Origin: a virus
Direction: 5' to 3' (one strand)
DNA: 64,000 nucleotides
Virus record (IMG/VR): IMGVR_UViG_3300027902_000006
Coordinates: 1-64,000 of that record
The position numbers and the translations under genes are program-made. Below are positions 1 through 8,033 of the stretch, piece by piece; the first letter of the stretch is position 1; the number at the start of each line of letters is the position of its first letter. A model generated the notes under the pieces. It saw nothing but the letters and a program-made list of their open reading frames with translations, was not told the DNA's origin and ran no database searches.

Positions 1-33
1 CTAGCCTCCCTGTCCCTTGCCTCGGGTGCTGCC

Positions 34-231
34 TCAAAATTCGAGGTGAGCTGCATCCGCTTTTCCCAAGATTAAGTGCGCTTTCTCTAGCCACTTTGCT
101 CGCCCTGCGAGATTGCCATTTGGTGAGAAGGCCCAGGATGGGGTTCCGGCCCCAAAAGGAGTTTGAAGTCCTCTGCGTACATCCTGCCTCCGGGAGCTGG
201 CAAAGCCCCGCTTTTTTGGCTGATATGGCAT
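34..231 (-). CDS. hypothetical small protein (possible early gene)
   Basis: 65-aa ORF starting inside the GT/AC-free stretch 181-347; AGGGGG just upstream; no recognisable motif. Confidence 0.35.
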   Translation of the reverse strand: MPYQPKKRGFASSRRQDVRRGLQTPFGAGTPSWAFSPNGNLAGRAKWLEKAHLILGKADAAHLEF

Positions 232-347
232 TGCCCCCTGAGAGATGGAATAGAATCATGGGCTAAAGCTATCATATCCCCCAGCCCTTGCATATCAGGC
301 TTTCCCTGATTTTTCAATTTTTTTTCTAAGGGATATCCCCTAGGGGC
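181..347. other. GpT/ApC-free island 1
   Basis: Read base by base: no GT or AC between the GTAC at 177-180 and the AC at 348-349. Confidence 0.9.
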
Positions 348-436
348 ACCCCCTGGATTGCCTGTTATACGAATAGATGATTACCTTTACATGAACTGAA
401 ACTATTATATGAACTATTACCACGTTACTTCTATCA

Positions 437-606
437 TTCCCCTGTTTCCCCTGGTTGTATGCGTTGTATGCGTTGTATTCCCCTGTTTCCCCGTATCTCC
501 GTTGTATTCGTTGTATTCCCCGTTGTATGCGTTGTATGCGTTGTATTCCCCGTTGTATTCCTAGTATTCCTTAGTAGGGGTTGTATCCGTTGTATTCCCC
601 TGTTTC
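437..606 (+). repeat. GTTGTAT-core degenerate tandem repeat (~11 copies)
   Basis: GTTGTAT followed by GC, TC or TCCCC, interspersed with CCCCTGTTTCCCC. Confidence 0.9.
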
Positions 607-838
607 CCCCGAAGGGGGTCGCCATGTAAGTCAGGAAAGATTACCCTAACACTACCAATACACCCCAAACAACCAGCATATACAAGTAAGTCCCACTCCA
701 TCACCCAGGGATTCACGGGCTTACATCGGCAGCACATTCATACACAGTCGTATACGGGCTATTAGGAGTATGACCCCCAGATTTAGGGATTCACGGGGCT
801 TTACGTAAGTATGTATTGCAGACACACAACTGGAAGCA

Positions 839-2130
839 GGTGCTTTTATGTTTCGTGTATATCAGTATGTATTTAAGGAAGTGCGTCTTAGGGGAGCTGG
901 GAGTATGTTTATAGGTAAGTAAGTCCCCCCAGGCACAAAGACTTAGTATACTTAGCTATGTGGGGACTATATGAAACTGACTCCCACATCAATTAAAATC
1001 GGGTATTACGGAGTACTCCTGAAACTTGATTTACTTTGTTTGTGCGTGGTTCGGAGTTTAGAGATGGAAGTTTACCCGTACCGAAAAACCTCATTACACT
1101 TGCGGTATCTATTAAACTTTAATATCTTGTGATACAGGAACGCTGTTTATAGGTAAGTAAGTCCCCCAGCGCTTAATACTTACTTACGGTGCTCCAGAAG
1201 GGACGACATACACGCACTTTGCTACTCGCTATTGAAATTATACTATTGCGTTCTATGACAGAGATTCGCGTATCTGTTTATCTATAACTGTCTTCGCTTC
1301 GTCATAGTCTGTCTTAGCGTCCTTGAGACTTACGCTAAAAGGGCTATTGCATCTAGTACATTCGTAATGCAATATAGGTTGCTCAGTTAGTTCTTGGAGC
1401 ATAATAACCCTATTGTGGTATTTCTCAGGAATCCGTCCCCGGTATATCCACGTGTGTACCGTAGACTGATCTACCCCAAGTATTCTACCGATCTCACTGA
1501 TACTTAAAACGCCTGAAACTAACCATTTCAACATATACGTTCTCCCATGCAATAGTATTATTTCTCTACTGAGTATACAAGTATTTGATTGATGCAATAG
1601 AGTTATCTTATCATAGTTTGAGTGGGTATGCAATTCCTATATCGCATAGAATTTTTACGTATACGTACCACGTACGTAAGTACGTATCGCAAGACACACG
1701 TCGGATACACCTATTTTGTCTTTCGTAGTACGTTTGTATATAAATAAATAAGTAAGTCTTCTACAGAAAGGAACATACGCTAGGACGTACCTACTTACAT
1801 CGCCCCAGAAGCACCCTGTAAGTTTCTACGTATGTAAGTAAGTCCCCCAGCGCTGGAAACTAACTCAGAGACGAACATACTTACACCCACTGGGGACGTA
1901 CAAACTTACACGACAAAAAACAACAGTCGGATACACCTCTTTTGTGTTTCGTGTATATCAGTAAGTCAGTCGGTCGCCGTTGGAATGAGGTGCTTTTGTG
2001 TTTCGTGTAGCTAAGTAAGTAGGGGGTTCCCCGATGTCGGGCTGGGGAGTTCCCCTAGGTCGTAAGTAGGGGGTTCCCCGATGTTTGAGTAGGGAGTCCC
2101 CTTAGGGTGTCCCCTGTAAGTAAGTATGTC
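839..2130 (+). repeat. dispersed direct repeats in a largely non-coding region
   Basis: GTAAGTAAGTCCCCC near 915, 1153 and 1834; TGTTTCGTGTATATCAGTA near 849 and 1945; GTCGGATACACCT near 1700 and 1926; GTAAGTAGGGGGTTCCCCGATGT at 2015-2037 and 2062-2084. Confidence 0.8.
1253..1534 (-). CDS. helix-turn-helix DNA-binding protein with C-terminal CxxC
   Basis: ISEIGRILGVDQSTVHTWIYRG HTH pattern; start moved to ATG 1534 (GGGAGA RBS upstream). Confidence 0.7.
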   Translation of the reverse strand: MLKWLVSGVLSISEIGRILGVDQSTVHTWIYRGRIPEKYHNRVIMLQELTEQPILHYECTRCNSPFSVSLKDAKTDYDEAKTVIDKQIRESLS

Positions 2131-2133
2131 CCC

Positions 2134-2192
2134 CAGCGTTTCCCTGAGGTTCATGTCAGCGTTTCCCTGAGGTTCATGTCAGCGTTTCCCTG
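2134..2192 (+). repeat. 23-bp tandem repeat x2.5 (CAGCGTTTCCCTGAGGTTCATGT)
   Basis: copies start at 2134, 2157 and 2180 (partial). Confidence 0.95.
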
Positions 2193-2499
2193 CGTCTCGT
2201 CTCGTCGCGTTCGTCTCGTGCGTCGCGTGGCGTGCGTCTCGTCGCGTCCGTCTCGTCGCGTTCGTCTCGTGCGTCGCGTGGCGTGCGTCTCGTCCCGTCT
2301 CGTCGCGTCCGTCTCGTCGCGTCCGTCTCGTGGCGTGCGTCTCGTCGCGTCGCGTCTCGTGGCGTCTCGTGGCGTCCGTCTCGTGGCGTCCGTCTCGTTC
2401 GTCTCGTGGCGTCCGTCTCGTGCGTCTCGTGGCGTCCGTCTCGTTCGTCGCGTGGCGTCCGTCGCGTTCGTCGCGTGGCGTGCGTCTCGTCCCGTCTCC
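2182..2499 (+). repeat. adenine-free (CGT-N1-2)n low-complexity array
   Basis: 318 nt with no A on the + strand; units CGTCT/CGTCG/CGTGG/CGTG/CGTC/CGTT, roughly 65 units. Confidence 0.95.
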
Positions 2500-2603
2500 A
2501 TAGGGGCGTTCCCTTAGGGGCTGGCCCCCAGAGCGCCCAGGGTGTTCCCCTAGGGAAAAGCCCGATAAAAAAATTGAATTTTCGATATAAATTCCTGGCC
2601 TAT

Positions 2604-2622
2604 ATCAAGATCCATGCCAAGC
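2604..2622 (-). promoter_or_regulatory. leftward sigma54-like element (GCTTGGCATGGATCTTGAT), non-canonical -12
   Basis: shares GCTTGGCATGG with the rightward promoter; GG-N10-GA instead of GG-N10-GC. Confidence 0.35.
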
Positions 2623-2777
2623 CCGCAAAGCAAGCAATGGCGCAGCTTTCCCAAAAGGGGGCAAAATCTAGAAAAAAATAATATCAAAATGAGAAAATAG
2701 CTATATATCTAGCCATCTAGCGCCCACCCCCCAGCCCGCAAAGCAAGCAATAGCTAGGGGCTGGGGAAAAGGCGCGC

Positions 2778-2795
2778 TTGGCATGGCCTATGCAA
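2778..2795 (+). promoter_or_regulatory. sigma54 (-24/-12)-type promoter TTGGCATGGCCTATGCAA
   Basis: GG(2780-81)-N10-GC(2792-93) with TGGCA core, about 50 bp upstream of the likely ATG at 2846. Confidence 0.6.
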
Positions 2796-2845
2796 TAGAT
2801 AAGGGCAAGATGCAAGCATATCCCAAAAAAAGGATGGAAAAGAAA

Positions 2846-3277
2846 ATGGCAAAGCAGATTAAGGCGCAGGAGATTCTGGCGGAAGCGGCTGCTGATTATC
2901 AAAGCGGCTTGGCAATGGAAGCGGCCCAGATGGATTATCAAGCTGATATGCGCCGCGAAGCGGCCCAGCTTGAGGAAAAGGCAGCAGCAGAGCGGCAAGC
3001 GCGAGAAGCGGCAGCCATCAAAATTCTGCCCCAGAATAAGAGCGGCCGCGGCAAGATGGGCAGCAGATTCTTAGCCAATGGGAAAAGCGAAAATGGATTC
3101 TTGCTCTCTGCGGGCAGCGGCCAGATTGATAAAGCCTATATGGAATATAGGAGAGGGAAGGGGCGCTTCCCGAGCATGGCTGAGGCTGCTGCCATGCTTG
3201 CCCCCCTTGGCCTATCGGAAAAGGATATCCTTATCCATATCCGATTCTATCAGCGGCATAGGGGGCTTTATATCTAA
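2846..3277 (+). CDS. Val/Thr-free hypothetical protein: coiled coil plus possible C-terminal winged HTH
   Basis: ORF track gives 2783..3277; the 2783 ATG lies inside the promoter, so 2846 (AAGGATGG upstream) is preferred; C-terminal GRFPSMAEAAAMLAPLGLSEKDILIHI resembles LexA-type wHTH; perfect hairpin follows. Confidence 0.75.
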   Translation: MAKQIKAQEILAEAAADYQSGLAMEAAQMDYQADMRREAAQLEEKAAAERQAREAAAIKILPQNKSGRGKMGSRFLANGKSENGFLLSAGSGQIDKAYMEYRRGKGRFPSMAEAAAMLAPLGLSEKDILIHIRFYQRHRGLYI

Positions 3278-3288
3278 GGAATAGCCCC

Positions 3289-3332
3289 TAGGGGAAGCCC
3301 CGATGGAGGATCGGGGCTTCCCCTATCTCTTT
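3289..3332 (+). terminator. perfect 16-bp hairpin, probable intrinsic terminator
   Basis: TAGGGGAAGCCCCGAT-GGAGG-ATCGGGGCTTCCCCTA followed by TCTCTTT. Confidence 0.7.
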
Positions 3333-3579
3333 GCCCTAATTTCTAAGGGTTTCCCCTAAGCAGTTCCCCTGACCCAGCCTAAGAGTTTCCCCTATCCTAT
3401 CAGGAGTCCCCTTAGTATTCTTCTAGGGAGTTTCCCCAAGTATGTGCTAGGGGAGTCCCCTATGTTGTGTAGGGGAGTCCCTGATAGCCAAATCCGAGTT
3501 TCGATGTGGCCCCCGGCAACATAGTACCTCAGTAAGTTGTTTGCGTCTGGGAAAACTTTCTCAAGTGCTCAAGTGCCCC

Positions 3580-4545
3580 TCACAAGTCAAGAGGAAACTG
3601 ATCCAATTGTTTATACGATGTGCTCTTCGTAACCATAGGTCGGTTGCGACATTGCGCCCCACAATACTTATGCTTTTCCCAAGTGTATTCTTTTTCATAA
3701 CGTTCTCTACCGAAAGGATTTCCACAGTTTTGACAGTACTTTATCTCAACGTATCCCAACTGATCCCGATACCTCTTACCGGAGGTCTTCATTTTTCTGC
3801 TCTTAAGTGATCTACTTAGATTACGTCTATGTTCTATAGAAAGCGGTTTACCTTTATGTCCTTTCGAGTAGTTTAGTTGAGAAAGGCTTTGTTTCTTCTT
3901 GTGCTCTTCTGATGTAACTAGAACTCTACCGGCACAACGCCGACAAAGTCCAGTCTTGCCTACTGCATGGGGAACTAACTTGCCGCAGTCTTTGCACCAG
4001 AATATGATACTGTACATCTTACGATTAGCGTCTTTCCTACACTTGTCACTACACCAACGACGTTTTTCCCAAGCTACCTTTCCCTTTCTACGACAGTTTC
4101 CAAAAACCTTTCCGCAGTAGTCGCAATATTTAATCTCTGTAGAGGTTCGGTAGAACAAGATTAATTGATCTCGGTCTGCTTGACTAAGTTCACTTCCGCC
4201 AGATAGGATATTAGTTAAGCAACCTCCATCCGCTTTGCGTCCGTAGAGAGCAATGATCCTCTCTTCTAAGTCATATGCTTCTTGTTCGGACAAATTAGAG
4301 GTATAAATTGTCTCTTCAAAATCTAAACCACGGTCCCAGAGGTAGTAGATTACATTTATTTTATGGGGGTTGTCTATGAAACGTAGATCTTCGGTTCTTC
4401 GAAACTTCTTAGCCTGTTCCCTATGGTTTTTGAGCCGTTGTTGTTGTCCCTTTCCAACATAGAAAGGCATTGATTGTGTAGAGTCAAGAGGATCGACTTG
4501 ATCGGGTCTCCGTAAGATATAAACGTAATGAACATTTTTAGTCAT
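3580..4545 (-). CDS. GIY-YIG (LEM-3-like) homing-type endonuclease with Zn-finger and NUMOD3-like motifs
   Basis: YVYIL...PFYVGKG...R..H; repeated YCxxCG..F..WCSxxC motifs; LSIEHRRNLSRSLK. Confidence 0.75.
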   Translation of the reverse strand: MTKNVHYVYILRRPDQVDPLDSTQSMPFYVGKGQQQRLKNHREQAKKFRRTEDLRFIDNPHKINVIYYLWDRGLDFEETIYTSNLSEQEAYDLEERIIALYGRKADGGCLTNILSGGSELSQADRDQLILFYRTSTEIKYCDYCGKVFGNCRRKGKVAWEKRRWCSDKCRKDANRKMYSIIFWCKDCGKLVPHAVGKTGLCRRCAGRVLVTSEEHKKKQSLSQLNYSKGHKGKPLSIEHRRNLSRSLKSRKMKTSGKRYRDQLGYVEIKYCQNCGNPFGRERYEKEYTWEKHKYCGAQCRNRPMVTKSTSYKQLDQFPLDL

Positions 4546-4645
4546 AGATTTATAATATCATATTACCTAACCGGTACGAAAATACGTAGGAAAAGGGCGC
4601 CTCAATTTTTTTTGGACCCTCTGTACAAATACTTGTTATGCAGGT

Positions 4646-4678
4646 TTTTCTTGGTTTCCTTAGTCTTAGCTATTATGA
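4646..4678 (+). promoter_or_regulatory. sigma70-like promoter of the virion operon
   Basis: TTGGTT-N17-TATGAT upstream of terS. Confidence 0.4.
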
Positions 4679-4703
4679 TAGGAAAGTAAGAGAGGTTGTG
4701 GTT

Positions 4704-5213
4704 ATGTCTACGTCGTGTACGGGAACAAAAGGTAAAGTTATTGGTATTAGAAAGAATATCAAACCTCCTACTAAAAGAGATTCAGTAGCGACACATATTT
4801 TGAAGAGTTGGGAACCTAGTGAGAAAGAACGTTATGCCGTACGCATAATGGTTGCTGGTGGGATGAAACAAGATGACATTGCCAAATGTATTCATCCACA
4901 GGGACCGATTTCAGTCAGTACGCTAAAACGTAAATTTCCAGAAGAGATTTCTCACGGACGAGCGGACATCACAAAACAGGTTATTTCCGTTCTGACGGAG
5001 ATGGCTCTTAACGGTAGGAATCCGGGCGCGACGATGTTTTGGTTAAAGACGCAAGCTGGTTGGAAGGAGACTAATGGGCTTGGAAGTAGTATCGGTAATT
5101 CCAAGTTTGGAACTAATTTAAGTGCGACGGAAGAGATTACGAAGAAACTTCAGAACACAGCCAAGTTTGCTGCCGAAACCCTTCCTAGATGCAAGACAGG
5201 TACAGGGGACTAA
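4704..5213 (+). CDS. terS: terminase small subunit (HTH)
   Basis: ISVSTLKRKFPEEI...ATMFWLKTQAGWKE pattern; upstream of terL; GAGAGG RBS before ATG 4704. Confidence 0.7.
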   Translation: MSTSCTGTKGKVIGIRKNIKPPTKRDSVATHILKSWEPSEKERYAVRIMVAGGMKQDDIAKCIHPQGPISVSTLKRKFPEEISHGRADITKQVISVLTEMALNGRNPGATMFWLKTQAGWKETNGLGSSIGNSKFGTNLSATEEITKKLQNTAKFAAETLPRCKTGTGD

Positions 5214-5399
5214 ATGACTAATATCTTAGACTTATCTAACAAACTTGCTGAAAAGTGCAGCATAGATTATTATGACTCCATCGACCTGTTAGAAGCTCTG
5301 TTAGACCTCAAAGAGAATCAGATGATGTTCGTAAGTAATATTCGAGGTGAGTTACGTTACGAGATTGTTCCAGCACGTCGGTTCTTTATTGATTTATGA
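5214..5399 (+). CDS. hypothetical protein
   Basis: coupled to both neighbours. Confidence 0.55.
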   Translation: MTNILDLSNKLAEKCSIDYYDSIDLLEALLDLKENQMMFVSNIRGELRYEIVPARRFFIDL

Positions 5400-6574
5400 T
5401 CGCCTTAATAGACACTGCTCCTAAGAAGGATATAAAGACGGTCAACTTAGGTTTGGAACTCGTCAAAGCGGAGATGAACGCAGATGTCTATCACTGGTCA
5501 GACTCAGTGGATGTTTCCAAGTACGAGACAATCGCCTTTAATACGTACTACGTTATGCATAATAAGAACATTATTCGCTTCCTTAAAAAACACGATTGTA
5601 CTGGGAAAAGACTCCTGACAGGTGGTCAAGGAGTCCGTGATTGGGTCGAGACAGAAATCTTCTTAGGTGAGTACGACGGAGATGTTGTAGACAAGCACGG
5701 TTTTCATCGAGCGTCTGAGTTAATATCTCCTCCTGTCATACATGGACCCAGAGCTGTATTGGAAATGACACGAGGTTGTAAGTATCGTTGTCATTTTTGT
5801 GAGTATGGCTGTTGGCAAGGTGGGAAGTATCGAGAGAAGGAGATCGGACTCGTCCTAGAACAACTCAAGGAACTTAAGTTGAAGGGCGTGAAGACAGTTA
5901 ATCTGTTCTCAGTCAATCTAGGTGGTCACAGTCAAATACAAGAGTTGTTTGATTACAGAGAACTAATTCTCCTTTGTACAGGGTGCACACTTAAAGACGT
6001 TAAAAATGTCATGCCCTTTTTAAAACATCGGCCATATGTGAGAGTAGGTATAGAGACATTTGATGAGCGTACTCGCAAACGTTTATCTCCTGGTAAGTTC
6101 GTCTCCGACGACAAGATGTTAGAAATCTTTGATTATCTCTTTCAACATGTCAATTATGTTTTTATCTATCTCATTTATGGACTACCCAAAGACAACTATC
6201 AGGCATGGTTTGACTGGGTCAAGAAGTTGGCCGTTCTCAGACAGAACCATACAAAGATAAAGTCGAAGAAGATTTTGTTTTTTGATGATGTGGAGACAGT
6301 GACATACGACCGGAACATCCGCGTAGACTTTTCTATTAGCTCTCTTGAACCGTTGCCTCATACACCTCTAGAAGGGGCTCCACTTGTAGATTTTGTCAAG
6401 CGCCAAGAGTTTCTCAAAGAGTGGTTGCCATGTCTTAAGGAGTATGGATTTAGGAAGACTGACACTGGAGGAGGTAGACTCGGGCGAGGAGAGGTGTCTT
6501 ACCTTGAGGCACTTAGATTGAAGGGAGTTGTTGAAGAACACGGAATGTTAAAGAGATCTGATGCCAAAACGTAG
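5396..6574 (+). CDS. radical SAM enzyme (class B/B12-type-like, short N-terminal domain)
   Basis: EMTRGCKYRCHFC CxxxCxxC; VGIETFDE; YLIYGLP. Confidence 0.85.
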   Translation: MIALIDTAPKKDIKTVNLGLELVKAEMNADVYHWSDSVDVSKYETIAFNTYYVMHNKNIIRFLKKHDCTGKRLLTGGQGVRDWVETEIFLGEYDGDVVDKHGFHRASELISPPVIHGPRAVLEMTRGCKYRCHFCEYGCWQGGKYREKEIGLVLEQLKELKLKGVKTVNLFSVNLGGHSQIQELFDYRELILLCTGCTLKDVKNVMPFLKHRPYVRVGIETFDERTRKRLSPGKFVSDDKMLEIFDYLFQHVNYVFIYLIYGLPKDNYQAWFDWVKKLAVLRQNHTKIKSKKILFFDDVETVTYDRNIRVDFSISSLEPLPHTPLEGAPLVDFVKRQEFLKEWLPCLKEYGFRKTDTGGGRLGRGEVSYLEALRLKGVVEEHGMLKRSDAKT

Positions 6575-8033
6575 TTACGGGGAAGGTCCGGCCCAAGGAG
6601 GACGTCCGAAGAAGCAGGACTACTTAACTCTGCGTTGGACGAAGATGCGTCCACACGATGAGCAGCGTCGCTACTGTGAGTCTGCTTCTCGATTCAAAGT
6701 TGTCCCTGCCGGTAGGAGAAGTGGAAAAACTGAACTTGCCAAACGTAAGTTAGTTATTAGAGCACTCGATCCTTTTAGTACAAACATGTTACCTCTCCCC
6801 TCCAAGTTCACTAGTCCTCGATACTTCTTCGGTGCTCCTATCTGGTCTCAGGCCAAACGCATCTTTTGGTACGATATTAAGTCCATGATTCCTGAGTGGG
6901 CATATAATCCAGATTCACGTCGTGGAGTAAGTGAGTCTGAAATGAACATCAGACTAAAGTCTGGTGCCGAGATCTGGGTTATTGGTATGGATAAGCCAGA
7001 GCGTATTGAAGGTACTCCTTGGGATGGGGGAGTGCTAGATGAGTACGGTAACATGAAATCTCGTACTTGGCCAGAGCACGTACGTCCCGCCCTCTCTGAT
7101 AGATTAGGTTGGTGTGATTTTATCGGTGTTCCCGAAGGGAGGAATCATTATTGGGACTTAGCAGAAGTTGCCAAACGTGTTGCGGAAGAAGCAGCGTTAA
7201 AAGATATAGTTCCTGAATGGGACTATTTTCATTGGAAGAGTTCTGAGATTCTTCCAGCTCACGAAATAGAGAGCGCTAAGAACGATCTTGACCCTTTAAC
7301 CTTCGCCCAGGAATTTGAAGGCTCGTTCGTACATTTCCAAGGAAGAGTGTATTATCCCTTCGAACAGAAGGTTCATTGTCGTCCCTTACAATACGATCCG
7401 TCCCAACCTCTAATAATATGTTTTGACTTCAACATTTCTCCGGGCGTGGCTGTCATTTGTCAAGAACAACAACTTCCAGGTGTATCTGAACCGGTTTATG
7501 ATGAAAGAAGGAATGAAACATATTATAATCCCGTTATCGGTACAGGAGTTATCGCAGAAGTCTTCATTCCTAAGAATAGTAACACAGTCGCTGTCTGTAA
7601 CAGGTTGATTCAGGATTGGGCAAACCATAAAGGTGATGTACATGTCTATGGTGATGCAACGGGTGGTGCAGGAGGATCAGCTCAGACAGAAGGTTCAGAC
7701 TGGGACATTGTGAGAAAGATGTTTAAAGACAAGTGGAAACGTATTTATTACTTTATTCCAACTACTAATCCGAGAGAGAGGGCTAGAGTCAATGCGGTAA
7801 ACTCTAGATTAATGTCAACTACTGGTGTGGTAAGAATGGTCATAGATGCTGACAAGTGTCCTAACGTTGTTAAAGATTTTGAGGGTACTAGATTACTTGA
7901 AGGGGGGTCAGGAGAGATTGATAAGAGAGCCACTCCTGATCTTACCCATATGACAGACGCTCTGGGCTATTACGTGTGTTATCGTTATCCAGTTGAAGAA
8001 CTGGTAGGTAGGAGTATAGAACTATTATGGTAA
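6561..8033 (+). CDS. terL: terminase large subunit
   Basis: Walker A AGRRSGKT, Walker B GGVLDE, nuclease DFN...DATG...HMTDALGY. Confidence 0.95.
   Translation: MPKRSYGEGPAQGGRPKKQDYLTLRWTKMRPHDEQRRYCESASRFKVVPAGRRSGKTELAKRKLVIRALDPFSTNMLPLPSKFTSPRYFFGAPIWSQAKRIFWYDIKSMIPEWAYNPDSRRGVSESEMNIRLKSGAEIWVIGMDKPERIEGTPWDGGVLDEYGNMKSRTWPEHVRPALSDRLGWCDFIGVPEGRNHYWDLAEVAKRVAEEAALKDIVPEWDYFHWKSSEILPAHEIESAKNDLDPLTFAQEFEGSFVHFQGRVYYPFEQKVHCRPLQYDPSQPLIICFDFNISPGVAVICQEQQLPGVSEPVYDERRNETYYNPVIGTGVIAEVFIPKNSNTVAVCNRLIQDWANHKGDVHVYGDATGGAGGSAQTEGSDWDIVRKMFKDKWKRIYYFIPTTNPRERARVNAVNSRLMSTTGVVRMVIDADKCPNVVKDFEGTRLLEGGSGEIDKRATPDLTHMTDALGYYVCYRYPVEELVGRSIELLW

Larger units (their letters stand above)
2546..3348. 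other. GpT/ApC-free island 2 (promoter, gene and hairpin)
   Basis: 0 GT and 1 AC (2726-2727) in 803 bp. Confidence 0.95.

Noticed and set aside
434-625. ORF 434..625 (-), T/N/R-rich
   Set aside because: Open only because it translates the GTTGTAT repeat; no convincing RBS.
2015-2192. Possible mini-CRISPR array
   Set aside because: Only two 23-bp copies around one 24-nt spacer, plus a spacer-less tandem repeat; no cas genes seen.
2107-2681. Overlapping ORFs 2107..2517 (+), 2232..2681 (+) and 2151..2501 (-)
   Set aside because: An A-free strand cannot contain stop codons, so several frames are open trivially. The 4/5-nt units do not preserve frame. ORF 2151..2501 has a possible RBS, so it is not fully excluded.
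2546-3348. Explaining the island by mRNA-interferase (ACA) avoidance or simple foreign origin
   Set aside because: Both GT and AC are missing, non-transcribed upstream DNA is included, and ordinary compositional differences do not reduce about 100 sites to 1.
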